This document shows, in pieces, positions 1 through 14,034 of a DNA stretch of 64,000 bases. The notes under the pieces were generated by a model that ran no database searches, had not been told where the DNA came from, and worked only from the letters and a program-made list of their open reading frames with translations. A program made the translations under genes and the position numbers. How positions within the stretch are numbered: position 1 is the first letter of the stretch; each line of letters starts with the position of its first letter. The stretch is from the NCBI GenBank assembly GCA_963514005.1, contig OY740783.1:62310001-62374000 (forward strand). The letters run 5' to 3'. This stretch comes from Raja brachyura (taxonomy: Eukaryota).

Positions 1-1317
1 TCATGTGCATATCCGTGTGATATGCAAACGCATTTTAGCAGCAAACTAAATTATTGATAGAACAGGAACCTCCTGTGGTGTACTGTATGGTGACAATATA
101 CTGTTTGAGGTCTACTGCAGAATTATCAACAATGTGCCTCACTCATTAGAAACAAAAAGAGGCTTTGGGGATTATCTAACTGTAGTGGTTAGTGATGTGT
201 GGTCTATGCATCTGTGATACCACTGTTGTAACAGCTTGACCAAGTTTTAGAACTAAAGCAGTAAGTTACATGGAGCAAGCAAAATAAATTGCAGAAAAAA
301 ATTGATATGGATCAGTTGACTATATTCTGATTACCCCTGCAAACGTTTTGGCTCCATTGGCAGTAATCTTGTTAGAGTCAGAAAGTTGTGTATTCCATGT
401 ACATGCTTTGACTTGAGCACATGCTCAGTATTGGAAGAGGTGCTATTTCTTCAGATGAGGTCATATTGACATTTTATCAGCCCAACCCAGTGTTGTGTTT
501 TCCTGATTGTTAAACATTCCTTGAGAATACCTGAAGGAAAGCAACGAGTTCTGGCCATCCTTATTAATTCAGTAGATATTACTGATTAATTGGTTATTCA
601 TTACATTAATGTTTAATGAATCTTGTGTGTAAGACAACAACCAGATTGATGAGTGGCAAATTCACCTCCACGTAATTTGTTGCTGGTGAGACATTTCTGA
701 AAGATGTGGTAAAGCAATATAAAGTGCTTATCTCCTCATCATTCAGTTCAATGTTCTTTGATATTTTGTATATTAGTTGTGGTTAATGTTGAGAAATATA
801 TTGCGCTTCAAGAAGCAATTTAAAAATACTGAAAACTCCAAAGTAATAATCATTTTTTTAAAAAAGGTTCCAAATTGACATAAAATAGCTACCAAGAGTT
901 GTTATTAGATTCCTGTTTAATAATGATGTGTTTCACCCCAGTGTCAAATGTAATTGAATTTATTAGTAATGAAACGTTCTCAGTCTTGGTGGAATCATTA
1001 ATGGCATGTATCAATCTAGCCCATTCCTTATTATGATCTATTTGCCAGATAGGGCAGCCAAATAATAATTTATGTAAACTGCCTAAGTCCTAGATACAAA
1101 GTGGTCCATGACACTCAAAGACCCCTCGAGCTATGCGGTATATTCAGAATTAAGTATCTTTATGTTCCCTGTTCAAAGTAAACATAAATGAATATTGACA
1201 AATGTTTCTGTATGTCAAGCACCCATTAGTTCTGAATGCATCCTTTATTTGGTTATTTGGCTAACTTTGCCAACACCCTGTCATTATGTCATTGTAAACA
1301 CAAGCTCATTGTTGTGA

Positions 1318-1566
<249 letters not shown>

Positions 1567-1916
1567 TAAGCATATGTTATGAAAGTAAGCATGCAGGTAC
1601 AGCAGGCAGTGAAGAAAACGAATGGCATGTTGGTCTTCATAACAAAAGGAGTTGAGTATAGGAGCAAAGAGGTCCTTCTACAGTTGTATAGGGCCCTAGT
1701 GAGACCACATCTGGAGTATTGTGTGCAGTTTTGGTCCCCTAATTTGAGGAAGGACATTGTGCAGCGTAGGTTCACAAGCACGCTGTCATATGCTGAGAGA
1801 ATGGAGTGGCTAGGCTTGTATACTCTGGAATTTAGAAGGATGAGAGGGGATCTTATTTAAACATAAAAGATTATTAAGGGTTGGACACGCTAGAGGCAGG
1901 AAATATGTTCCCGATG

Positions 1917-3176
1917 GTTACACAAAAAGCTGGAGAAACTCAGCGGGTGCAGCAGCATCTAAGGAGCGAAGGAGATAGGCGACGTTTCGGGTCGAGACCC
2001 TTCTTCAGACTGGTCAGGGATCAGGGAAACAAGAGATATAAACAGTGATGTGGAGAGATAAGGAACAATGAGTGAAAGATATGCAAAAAAGTATTGGTGA
2101 TAAAGGAAGCAGGCGATTGTAAGCTGTTTGTGGTGTGAAAATGAGAAGCTAGTGCGACTGGGGGGGGGGGGGGGGGGGGGGGGGGAGATGGAGAAGGAAT
2201 GTCAGGGCCAGAGGGCTGAGGGAGAGGTGGGGGGGGAGGCAGTCTGGGTTAACAGAATTGAGAAAATTCAATGTTTAAACCCAGAGGATGCAGACTCCCC
2301 AAGCAGAATACGAGGTGCTGTTCCTCCAACTTGCGGTGTTGATCACTCTGGCCGTGGAGGAGGCCCAGGACCGAGAGGTCGGATACGGAGTGGGAGGGGG
2401 AGTTGAAGTGCTGAGCCACCGGGAGGTCGGGTTGGTTATTGCGGACCGAGCGGAGGTGTTCGGCGAAACGATCGCCCAGCCTACGCTTGGTCTCACCGAT
2501 GTAGATCAGCTGGCATCTGGAGCAACGGATGCAGTAGATGAGGTTGGAGGAGGTGCAGGTGAACCTCTGTCGGACTTGGAATGACTGCTTGGGTCCCTGA
2601 AAGGATTGGATGGGGGAGGTGAAGGGACAAGTGTGGCATCTCTTGCGGTTGCAAGGGAAAGTGCCCGGGGAAGGAGTGGAGCGGGAGGGAAGGGAAGAAT
2701 TGACGAGGGAGTTGCGGAGGGAGCGGTCTTTGCGGAAGGCAGACGGGGGGAGATGGGAAGATGTGGCGAGTGGAGGGGTCACGTTGGAGGTGACGAAACT
2801 GGCGGAGGACTATCTGTTGTATGCGCTGGCTGGTGGGGTGAAAGGTGAGGACCAGGGGGACTCGGCCCTTGTTGTGAGTGGGGGAATGGGGAGAGAGGGC
2901 AGTGTTGCGGGGTATGGAGGAGACCCTGGTGCGAGCCTCATCTATAGTGGGGGAGGGGAAACCCCGTTCTCTGAAGAACGAGGACATTTGCGATGACCTG
3001 GTGTGGAACACGTCATCCTGGGAGCAGATGCGGCGTAGACGGAGGAATTGGGAATAGGGGATGGAGTCCTTACAGGAAGGCGCTCCTTCGCTCCTTAGAT
3101 GCTGCTGCACCCGCTGAGTTTCTCCAGCTTTTTGTGTAACCCTCGATTCTCCAGCATCTGCAGTTCCTTCTTTAAC
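1917..3176 (-). mobile_element. Penelope-like element (Neptune type), 5'-truncated, with an inverted terminal piece
   Basis: Minus-strand RT-thumb region (SIPYSQFLRLRRICS), Cys linker (CNRKRCHTC) and GIY-YIG endonuclease (NLIYCIRC...IYIGET), split by a frameshift near 2750. 15-bp TSD AATATGTTCCCGATG at 1902-1916 and 3177-3191. Confidence 0.93.
1981..2008 (-). ncRNA. Minimal hammerhead-ribozyme-like core in a PLE terminal repeat
   Basis: Minus strand reads CTGAAGA-A-GGGTCTCGACCC-GAAA-CGTC: CUGANGA, stem II, GAAA, GUC. Stem I pairing is weak. Confidence 0.7.
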
Positions 3177-3280
3177 AATATGTTCCCGATGTTGGGGGAG
3201 TCCAGAACCAGGGGCCACAGTTTAAGAATAAGTGGTATGGCATTTAGAATGGAGATGAGGAAACACTTATTCACACAGAG

Positions 3281-3836
3281 TTGTTTAAGAAAGAACTGCA
3301 GATGCTGGAAAATCGAAGGTAGACAAAAATGCTGGAGAAACTCAGCGGGTGAGGCAGCATCTATGAAGCGAAGGAAATAGGCAACGTTTTGGGTCGAAAT
3401 CCTTCTTCAGACTGATGTGAGGGTGGGGGGAGGGGAGGAAGAAAGGAAGAGGTGGAGCCAGTAGGCTGAGTGAGAGCTGAGAAGGGGAGGAGAAAGTAGG
3501 GACTACCTGAAATTAGAGAAATCAATGTTCATACCACTGGGGTGAAAACTGCCCAAGTGAAATATGAGGTGCTGCTCCTCCAATTTACAGTGGCCCTCAC
3601 TCTGGCCATGGAGGAGGTTTCGCTTCGCCGATCACCTCTGCTCGGTTTGCAATAACCAACCTGATCTCCCGGTGGCTCAGCACTTCAACGTCCCCTCCCA
3701 TTCCAAATCCAACCTTCTTTCTGTCCTGGGCCTCCCCCCCCCCCCCCCCCCCCCCCAACATCAGTCTGAAGAAGGGTTTCGACCCAGAACGTTGCCTATT
3801 TCCTTCGCTCCATAGATGCTGCCTCACCCGCTGAGT
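3281..3836. mobile_element. Penelope-like element made of two inverted 3' fragments (switch at about 3617)
   Basis: GIY-YIG C-terminal remnants on both strands (RFADHL...PVAQHFN). 11-bp TSD TTCACACAGAG at 3270-3280 and 3837-3847. Confidence 0.85.
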
Positions 3837-6800
3837 TTCACACAGAGATTTGTGAGTCTGTGGAATTCCCTGCCTCAGAGGGTGGTGGAGGCCAGTTCTC
3901 TGCATACTTTCAAGAGAGAGCTTGATGGGGCTCTAGAAGATAGCAGAGTCAGGGGCTATGCGGAGAAGGCAGGAACGCGGTACTGATTGGGGATGATCAG
4001 CCATGATCACATTGAATGGTGGTGCTGGCTCAAAATGCCGAATGGCTTATTCCTGCACCTATTGTCTATTAATTTACTGCAGAAATAATACTCCTATTAG
4101 GTGAAGCAATGTACTTGCTGCACTAACATACAAATTAGTAGCATGATTAGCGCACTCAGCCCCTCAAACCTGTCTGCTGGTAATAAGATAATGTTTAGTT
4201 TAGTTTGGAGATAAAATTTTAAGATCTAATTTTAAGATCTATTCTGGAATCCCATCAATCCACAGCAACATTTAACCCTTTTGATTATCAAGAACCTATC
4301 AACCTCAAAACTTCAGCTTCTGCTTCCACTGACATTAAAAGAGAATTCCAAAGATTCACGATCTTCTGAGAGAAAATAATTTGCCTGTTTTTTGTCTTGG
4401 GCAGTTGACTTATTTTTAATTAGTGGCATGAATAAAAAAGTTTGGGGGGGCAATAACATACCAATGTGTAATTTCAGCCAAGATAAGGTAATATTTACAA
4501 GGGAGTCAAATTCAGATATTTCTCATATTTTCTTACAACATAGAAAGATTCCGTTCGGCTTGTTAGGTCTATATTTGCTCTCCTCATCAGTTGTTCTCCC
4601 CACGATTTTCCTTCCCATGCTCCATATGCCAAAATTCACTATTAAATTCTAGCCTATTCTGATGATCAACATAAAATACAAAGGATGACATCGGTCTTTA
4701 GTTATACCACAGAAAAGACATTGGTGAATTGATGCGCGGTTTGGCATAATACTCAATTGTGATTTCTATCGATGAGTAGTAAGACAGGCTGCTAATTATA
4801 TACTGCCTATACTTGAATCATTATCCGAAAAGCAACTTCATTCCCTTGGTTTCTACGATCCCAGTCATTATCCTGATAACAATCACTGTTGGTGTAAATA
4901 TCGGTGTTAAAAGTTTGAATGTCAAAATTTGTACTTAATGAAAGGGCTGATCTGACCATTTCTTAACTCAATTATTTTCTCAAACAATTGTTGGAAGTGG
5001 TCCAAAGGTATGTCCGAGAATGTACGATGAGTTAACACTGGAGAGCGAATGTTTACAAGGACTGAGGTATATGGGGAGCACTCTTAATCATTCTGTGTTC
5101 ACAAGAAATATATTTTTTTAATTCTCTTGAACAAAAAATACAGCCTTTTGACAGTAGCTAAAGAATTCCCATTGAGCCTCCTTTGTTTTTGTATTTAATT
5201 TTGGCAAGGATGCTTAAATCATGAAATAGGGGACATTTGAGGGGACTTCCAGGGAAAAATAGTTTGACTCGGTATAAGGCCTGACATCTTTAATGTTTAG
5301 GTTATTGGTTGTCTATATTTGATACATCACACCTGCTTTACACCCGTAAAACTGCCAAAATTATAACTCATATTAATTACATTAATTAAAGTAATTTTCA
5401 ATGAAATGTACAATAGTACATGCCATATTACCTTTAATCTGTATTTGGAGGTTTTCCAGAAACGATGCCTTGTACTCTTATAAAACAAAGCAGCCATATG
5501 CTCTTAATATGACAAATATTGGAATCCAAGTTGTGCGCCTACAAATGGAAAATTTATTTTAATGCAAACTAATAAACACAAAATATTTTCACAAACAATG
5601 CATACAGCTAGCATTGAAGGTGGTACATTCAAGTAAAAGTTTCTAAGCAAAATAGTGCATTATTATGTAGTATTCAACACTTGAATGTAAAATTCCAATT
5701 GAATTCCAGAGACCTGCAAGATCTTGGCTGGTGTCAGGTTAGGCCATTAGTCAAGCTTGTGTGTGGTGCAAAATTGGTTAAGCATTTCCTTCTACTTCAC
5801 AAAGGGATTCATCTTTTTTTTTAGTGTAGTGAATTGATGATACAACCCAAACCAAGAAGTGTCTTGAAATAATGTTTCTTTATCACAGTGCAGCTCCACA
5901 AATTTCAAAAGTACAAATCAAAAGTACTTTGCTTTGGGTAGCTTGACAACATGAGTGTTATTATGTAAATGTAAAGAAATGCAGAGGTAATTTATGATGA
6001 TGCCCCCAGGACTGGTGAATTATAGATGAGAGGTGAAACCATTGCGATGAGGTTGAGGTGGGGTTGTTTCCTCTGGAACAGAAATACCTCAGTGGAGGTT
6101 TAGCTTGTGTAAAAAAATATAAGAAGCCTAGATAGGTAAACATAAATCGTTTATTTCCCATTAAAGGGACAGAAAGTAACAAAGTGACATAGAATTTTAA
6201 GGTAAAACTCAAAAGTACAGAAAACCGAAATAAAAACAGAATATGGTGGAAACATTCAGCAGGTCAGGCAGCATCTGTGAGAAGAGAATCAGAATAAACA
6301 TTTACTGTTTGTCTTTACAATGATGCTGCATGACTGCACTATGATTCCAGCATTTTCTGTTGTTTATATTTGTTGTTATATAGATGTTATCTTGTCAGAA
6401 GGATTGGTGGAGAGTTGGTAAAAATGAATCACATACAGCAAGTTGGAAAGATTTAAAATTCACTGCCTAAAAGCAATGTGGGGACAGAAATCTTCATCAC
6501 ATTTACAAAGGATCTGGACAACCAGATGAAAAGCCGCAGCCTCTGGGCCATAAACCAAGAGTGGGGAAATGACACTAATTATACCTGCTCTTTTTTTGCT
6601 AGCATTGGCACACAGTGGGTTGAATGACTTTGTTGTATTTATTTTTTTCCCTTTTATATCAATGCCATCTATACTTTAAGGAAACTCCTGCCCATGCCCT
6701 GCTGCTGAAACACAAAATGGGAGGATTATTTTTATTAGACTTGATTCAAACCTTGAATAAAATTTGCTTCCTTTGAACTTTCAATAATGTCTCTAATCCG

Positions 6801-8149
6801 TAGGAAACTGCAGGATGTGAGTAGGATGCCATTTATAACAGATGTTGCTCAGAAATATTAAAACATATGTTTCTTGACAGTGAAATAATGTGAGCCACTA
6901 GTTTCCACAGAACCAGTCTGCTCCTGACCTCATCTGTTTTGAGTCAAGCATGGGTAAAGGAGTTGACTGTCAAATAAGTGTGGCACAGATTCATGAGGAC
7001 TTAAACCTTTAGATTAAGAGTGTGGATAGGAGAGACTTAATTGAGGTTTTTGGCATGGGTTTATTTTTTGCTGGAGGTAGTGGGTTGGTTGTGGGGATGA
7101 GGATAATGGTTGGGCTGTTGGTGGGGAGTGAAGTCATAATGAAAGAAGGCTGGAAACGTTTGTTCATGCCAGGTAACAGAATTTAAAAAACTCAGTTCAA
7201 CTGAAAACAACTGATAGTTGTAAATCCGAGACTGCTAAATTTTAGCACCTCAATGTCACAAAAGATATCTTAGGAACATGCAGGTGGAGGAACTTGAATG
7301 GGAGAATGAATATCATGGAAGCAACTTTCTTTGCAATAGCCATTTCACCCGTTCCTGACCAGGGGTGGGAACAAATCAGTACCAGGACTGATTGCTCAGG
7401 ACACAGAATAGAGCCATAGCAGCTGAAGGCACAGGCACTTCCAGTGGAAAGATAAAGAGTGCACAAAGGAGGAGCACAAATATTTTGGAGAGCTGTCAGT
7501 CACCGGGCCATGGACAGCCAACATTTTCCCAAAGAAATGTAAGGGGCCATGAGATGAAAGATTGGGTCCCCAGGGAATGATCATGTACAGAAGATAAAGA
7601 ATAGCTTGCATTAACATTGAAAAAGTAAGATGCACAGATTGGTCAAGGGAATGACTGACATCGCAGAATAATGAAAGAAGGCTGAATAAACCCGTAATAG
7701 ATGGTTTTAATATTTCATGTTTTCCCATAGTTCCTTATTCTTTTGGGTGTTAGTTTTTAGCTCCACCTTGGCTGACCACAGTCTACGGGGATCAGTACAC
7801 CTTAGTAAAGTTGGAATGCATTTCATTTGGAAGTGGATGAAGCTGATGTTTTAGGCAGCTATATGGCCTGTACACCTGACAGTTTCTTTTCAAGGCTCTC
7901 TCTCAGAGCAGCTGTAGAGTCCCTTCAAAGGGAAATGCTAATTGAATAAATATTTAACAGGTGAAGTTGTTTCTTGTCTACACTACTTTTTACTCATATG
8001 AATGTATTTATGTAGCAGTTTGCAGTGCAGTGAATTGCTTTTACGTATTAGTCAACATTGCAAACACAGCTCTAGTTTGTGCATGGCTAGGTCTCACAAA
8101 CAATAATGAGATGTCATCAAATAATCTGCTTAAGTAATGTAGGGTAAAG

Positions 8150-8295
8150 GATAGATATTCGACAAGATCAAGGGATATGGGGAGAAGGCAGGAATGGGGT
8201 ACTGATTGTTGATGATCAGCCATGATCACATTGAATGGTGGTGCTGGCTCGAAAGCCCTACTCCTGCACCTATTGTCTATATATCTATGTATCTA
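8150..8295 (+). mobile_element. CR1 3' tail fragment
   Basis: gggatatggggagaaggcagga...cctattgtctat, the same tail as 3950-4069. Confidence 0.8.
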
Positions 8296-8409
8296 AGATA
8301 TTAGGAGAACTTCCCAGCCTTGCCATGAATGGTGTCCTGGAATTTAATGTATGATTGAAGTACAGATAAGACCTCATTCAATACTATAACATAGCTTAGA
8401 GTGCTTGAG

Positions 8410-8700
8410 TTTAAGTTTAGTTTAGTTTATTGTCACATATACTGAGGTGCAGTGAAAAGCTTTTGATGCATACTAACCAGTCAGAGGAAAGACAATGCAT
8501 GATTACAATTGAACCATCCACAGTGTACAGATACATAATAAGGGGAATAACATTTGGTGCAAAATTAAGCCAGTAAAGCCCGAAGACAGATATTCTGATG
8601 AGGTAGATAGTGGTTCAGGACTGCTCTCTAGTTGTTGATAGGATGGTTCAATTGCCTGATAACAGCTGTGAAGAACCAGTCCCTGAATCTGAGGGTGTGC
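8410..8700 (-). mobile_element. LINE 3' end (Rex/L2-like) with (TAAAC)n tail
   Basis: Reverse complement of the repeat at 18325-18745; tail gtttagtttagtttattgtcac. Confidence 0.65.
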
Positions 8701-9461
8701 GTATAGCTGCAGATTTTCCATTTATCCTTAGTTGGCTGTCAGAGATTTGCTCTGCTTTGTGGTGTCTTTGCTCTGAGCAGTGTAAGAATCAAATACATTT
8801 AGTTATCTACCCCTGAGCAAAGCAGATATGAAGAAAAATTCTTGACGTCAAAGACATCCTATTTGTGATCTTATTCCTCATTCAAGATATATAAAGATTG
8901 GCTTAAAGTCATTAATGCTAAGTAAAATAAGCACAGAATGATGCAAAACAGATATTTCCAAAGTACATGCACATCTTCTTTGTTTCATTTATCCAGTAAT
9001 TTGAAATGTCAAATCGACTAATGTCTTTTTATAAATAATCAATCAATATATATTTAAAAAATTGATTTTCTAATTTTGGCATGCCTGTATTGTATACGAA
9101 ATAGTATCCTTTTGTAACTTCACTTTTCATTTTCAAAGTGAACTTGCAGAGTTACTTAAGAGTACACAAAACACAGATCTTCACTGACATGTGTCAGTGT
9201 GTCCAAGAGCAACATTTCCAATCGTTTAGGTCAAATGGGAAATTATAATAATTATACTGCAATTATAATTTCAATTATTGCCAAAGTCAGAATGTTCTAT
9301 GACCTGCATTTCAACCATGCTTTAAATTTGATTCTAGTCCTGCATAGAAGATACTTACACAACGGAGAGAAAGCTTACAGCTATGCAAAAGAATGCTGGT
9401 TAACGATTATGTTTGAAGGTCATCATCAATGCTTCATGTTGCTTTGCAAATACTAATTTAG

Positions 9462-9764
<303 letters not shown>

Positions 9765-11439
9765 TGAACTATATTCACATTATAAATGGATTGTTTAACA
9801 GAAAATACTCTAGTACACTGAATCACTACCGTAATTCAGTAGCATCATTCTTCCTGTAGTAAAAACAATGTATGTAACATGCTAAGAACTGCAGAATGAA
9901 GTACAGAACATGGAGACATAATTTAAAGCTAGTTCCAGGCCATTCTGGTGCAAGTATTTCCTTAGGGAAGTTCTAATTCACAAAAGATTTATGGAAATCT
10001 CACATACTCTCCACATAAATTTATTGACAAAAGATTTATTGAAAAATACATATTAAGTGATGTGGTTCCATGCAAGAATGCAGAGTTAACATATGGCTGG
10101 ATTCTGATTTTCTCAGATTTATTTAATATTTTAATAGTGGTGTATTTGCTTTAACCTATGATGTTTAAATTCCTACCATGCTAGAGCTTGTTGTGTACAT
10201 TAAAGTTGTCCATTGTGATAGCTTTGTGACTTCACCACTCCCAACCCAATATAAATGGTAGGTTTTGCCAGGAGTTTCAATCCCTTGTGATCCTTTGACG
10301 CGGTGACTAACAGAGCTGTGTGCCTGATGCCTAACTGATTGTGATTTTTGGATGGAAATATTGAAGTTTTTCTCTAGATCACAGTTTATAGCTGTCACAA
10401 ACACTGTTAAAAATAAAAACATATAACTACTATCCAGTCAGACAACCCATCTGGAATATTTTCCAATATAAAGCACTCTGAAAATACTCAAACTGAACCC
10501 TGATACGTTTATCTGGGATGTTTTATAATTAAAGTGGTTGCTCTATTCAGTTCATATTTTTTTCTAGATTGGTGGAAAAAAAAATGGAATCTTCCCATAG
10601 CACATAAAAAATATCACTATTCTGTCCCTTTACCCCCCAAAAAAATCAGCTATCATAGACTAATGGATTCCTGATTCTGGGCCTCTTTATATTTTCCTGT
10701 TTGTGTAAGCTAGCATTACAAATATAAAATACTACTCATGCTGGAAATCTGAAATAAAATAAAGGCACTGGAAATATTCAGGTCGTGTACACGCAGAAAG
10801 AAAAATTGCATTTCAAGTGGGCGACCTTTCATCAAAACTGAATTCAACATTATTCATTTTAATTAATGCATAAAGCAATCATTAAACCAAAATTGAAAAA
10901 TTTGGAATTTTCCAGATATATGCATCAACAGAAAAGAAGGCAACAAGATTAATATTTAGGCATAAACCCTTAATGGTAACAAGCATCAATATCCTAGATC
11001 TATAGAAATCAAAATGCAATATGTGAAGATGCTAGAAGATAAAAAGAGAAGACTCAATATCATGGCAGGCTTGAAATGCCTTGTGATGGGGATAAAGCCA
11101 AGTCCGTAGTTGAAGAGAAAGGGGATGTCAAGGTGGTGATTAAAATACAGCCAGGGGTAAAACTGGTGAGGGCAGGGAAGAAGTGGGTCAGATGAAAACT
11201 CAACATTATTATTTAAAATATGTAAAATAACATGTGTCAATAAGCAAGATTGCGGAAACTTTGATGTTCACAGTTATGATAACAAGTACCTACGCTTGCT
11301 TTGCTATAGATCATGCTGCTTCTCCTCGAGACAAGCACATGCAAAAGTTGTGTTGATTATTTGATGGCAGTTGTAACTGTGATCAAGCCTGAAGATTTTT
11401 TTCCAAGAGGTGAAGCGTCCTATACCCTCCCAATATATA

Positions 11440-12510
11440 ATAGACAATAGACGATATGTGCAGGAGTAGGTCATTCGGCCCTTCGGGCCAGATGAACTGA
11501 TGTACATTCAATGTGATCATGGCTGATCATCCCCAATCAGTACCCTGTTCCTGCCTTCTCCCCATATCCCCTGACTCCGCTATTTTTAAGAGCCCTATCT
11601 AGATCTCTCTTGAAAGCATCCAGAGAACCTGCTTCCACCGCCCTCTGAGGCAGAGAATTCCACAGACTCGCCACTCTCTGTATGAAAAAGTGTTTCCTCA
11701 TCTCCGTTCTAAATGGCTTACTCCTTATTCTAAAATTGTGGCCCCTGGTTCTGGACTCCCCCAACATCAGGAACATGTTTCCTGCCTCTAGCATGTCCAA
11801 GCCCTTAACAATCTTATATATTTCAATGAGATCCCCTCTCATCCTTCTAAACTCCAGAGTGTACAAGCTCAGCAGCTCCATTCTCTCAACATATGACAGT
11901 CCCGCCATCCTGGGAATTAAGCTTGTAAACCTACGTTGCACTCCCTCAATAGCAAGAATGTCCTTCCTCAAATTAGGGGACCAAAACTGCACACAATACT
12001 CCAGCTGTGGTCTCACTAGGGCTCTGTACAACTGCAGAAGAACCTCTTTGCTCCTATATTTGATTCCTCTTGTTTTAAAGGCCAACATGCCATTCACTTT
12101 CTTCACTGCCTGCTGCACCTGCATGCTTACTTTCATAGACTTATGTACAAGGACCACCAGATCCCGTTGTACTTCCCTTTTTCCCCAACTCAAAGCCATT
12201 TAGATAGTAATCTGCCTTCCTGTTTTTGCTACCAAAGTGGATAACCTCACATTTATCTGCTTTAAAGTTCATCCGCCATGCATCTGCCCACTCCCCCAAC
12301 CTGTCCAAGTCACCCTGCATTCTCATAGCATTCTCCTCACAGTTCACACTGCCACCCAGCTTTGTGTCATCTGCAAATTTGCTCATGTTATTTTGAATCC
12401 AAATCATTGATGAATATTGTAAATAGCAGCGGTCCCAGCACCGACCCTTGCGGTACCCCACTAGTCACTGCCTGCCATTCTGAAAGGGACACGTTAATCC
12501 CTACTCCCCT
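11440..12510 (-). mobile_element. 5'-truncated CR1 LINE (RT C-terminal part plus ORF2 end, frameshifted)
   Basis: KFADDTKLGG, FKADKCEVIHFG and LVRPQLEYCVQFWSP in overlapping ORFs 12141-12461 and 11537-12199; tail (ATAGACA)n at about 11440. Confidence 0.93.
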
Positions 12511-12524
12511 CCATACCTTTACCA

Positions 12525-13733
12525 TCTATATAATACTAAAACTCTTAGTCTTGTTTGTGGCTGTGTGTGTGTGTGTCAATCTGGTTTATTTTCCTATTTT
12601 CTTCCAAACGCTAGGCCACAGCCTTCCCATTTTCACACATTCTACTCACATTTTTCCCGTCGAGGCGATAAACATCTTCCCGTCACATTCCCGCCTATAT
12701 TTCCAAACCTTTTCATTGTTTAAAGCTTTAAAAACAACTCAAACTCACCCATTTTGGAAAAAAAAAACGAGTGAGGTCACAATGCACACACAAGGCTGGA
12801 CAATACACTCCGGGAGGGAGTGCTCGCGGTGATTGAGTAGTGGTGGCGGCTGCTGGCCGCCCCGTGCCCTGCAGCCGCCTGGTGCCTGGTGGGGAAGCTG
12901 CTGCCATGGGCCAAGCCCGGTGACTGCCTGGACTGGAGCCGAGCCTGGAGCTGGAGTGAGGGCCAAGCCCAGGGATTGCAATGGGGCCGTGACCGGTTCC
13001 AGGAACGAAGCCGCCGGTGGAACCAAGGACGAGCCTGGGTCCAGGGTCAGAGACGTTGAAGTCGGAACCTGTACCGGAGCCCAGGCGGCGACCGAACTGA
13101 CAGCTGGAGGCTGCCGCTGGGACCAAAAACGAGCCTGGGTCTACAGCCAGGACTGGGTCGAGTACGAGAACCAGGCTGAGTTCCAGGCCCTGGCGCTGCT
13201 CTACGACCTGGGTAGGTCCTGGGGCAGGGAATGGGAGTGAGGGGAGGAGGATAAGGGAAATGAGGAGGAGGGAGATGGGTTAGAGTCTCTACCCCCTCCC
13301 TCTCTGCCCCTCTCCCTCTCTACCCCCCTCCCCCTCCCTCTCTACTCCCCTCCCCCTCCCTCCCTACTCTCCTCCCCCTCCCTCCCTAGCCCTTCCCCCT
13401 CCCCCTCTACCCCCTCCCACTCTGCCCCCCCTCCCGCTCTGCCGCCCCACTCTGCCGCCCCTCCCATTCCACCCCTCAACCTCTCTACCCCCATCTCTCT
13501 CTACGCCCCCTCCCTCTGTACCCCCTCCTCTCTACCCCCCCCCTCCCCTGCTTCTCTATCACCCCTCCCTCCCTACCCCCCCTCTTTCTCTAGGGAGTGG
13601 TGAGTATTGGGACCTATGGGTGAGTGGTGGAATATTGTGTTTGGGAACCAGCCCTCCCCTGTGATACATTGTGCCGCCCCCCCTCCCCGGCTCCGCATTG
13701 GGGGATGGGACCCAACAGGTCCACTTGGTCTAG
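12525..13733 (+). mobile_element. Non-autonomous Helitron
   Basis: A|TCTATATAATACTAAA 5' end; hairpin GGACC-caaca-GGTCC at 13708-13722, 7 nt before the terminal CTAG|T. Inserted between A and T with no TSD. Confidence 0.85.
13285..13590 (+). repeat. C/T-rich low-complexity tract (CTCTACCCCC-like units) inside the Helitron
   Basis: Seen directly. Confidence 0.9.
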
Positions 13734-14034
13734 TAATTTCTAATTTTCTTTTGCTCACAAAAAAATGATTGCGAACTGAACCATACTTTTATAAACAAGT
13801 CATTCACCCCAAATTGAAAGTTTACGGCGCATGTCTGTTTATTAATTGCTATCGTGTTTATATCCTGACAGCAAAAGTCTTGTGGTCTTGAATGGCTCGG
13901 CATGCTAAGACCAGAAAAACCTGATTAAACATTAGTCTTCTGTCTATTGCTTGATTATTGTTCATTCGCCGTAAAGATGGGTTAGGATGGTTCCCGGCCA
14001 GCTGGTGGGACTCATTAGGTTTTTGATTTTTAAA

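Larger units (their letters stand above)
1578..4069 (+). mobile_element. 5'-truncated CR1 LINE split by two nested Penelope-like insertions (CR1 segments 1578-1916, 3177-3280, 3837-4069)
   Basis: CR1 ORF2 C-terminus (LYRALVRPHLEYCVQFWSP, RRMRGDLI, SRTRGH) and a 3' tail ending cctattgtctatt. The segments are colinear once the inserts are removed. Confidence 0.9.

Noticed and set aside
2160-2185. Long poly-G/poly-C runs (also about 3734, 16576, 27190, 28967) as functional G-quadruplexes
   Set aside because: Most sit inside repeats, homopolymer length is unreliable in assemblies, and nothing indicates function.
2128-2996. Several overlapping + strand ORFs
   Set aside because: Antisense frames of the GC-rich PLE.
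10438-10479. cag|TCAGACAACCCATCTGGA (SDNPSG) resembles the TrkC 14-aa insert exon LFNPSG..., which lies in the equivalent intron of NTRK3
   Set aside because: No polypyrimidine tract, no GT donor at +42, similarity stops after four residues, and the frame reaches a stop. Probably chance.
11682-12832. Long + strand ORFs of 173 aa and 156 aa
   Set aside because: Antisense shadows of CR1 ORF2 and of the CR1/Helitron junction.
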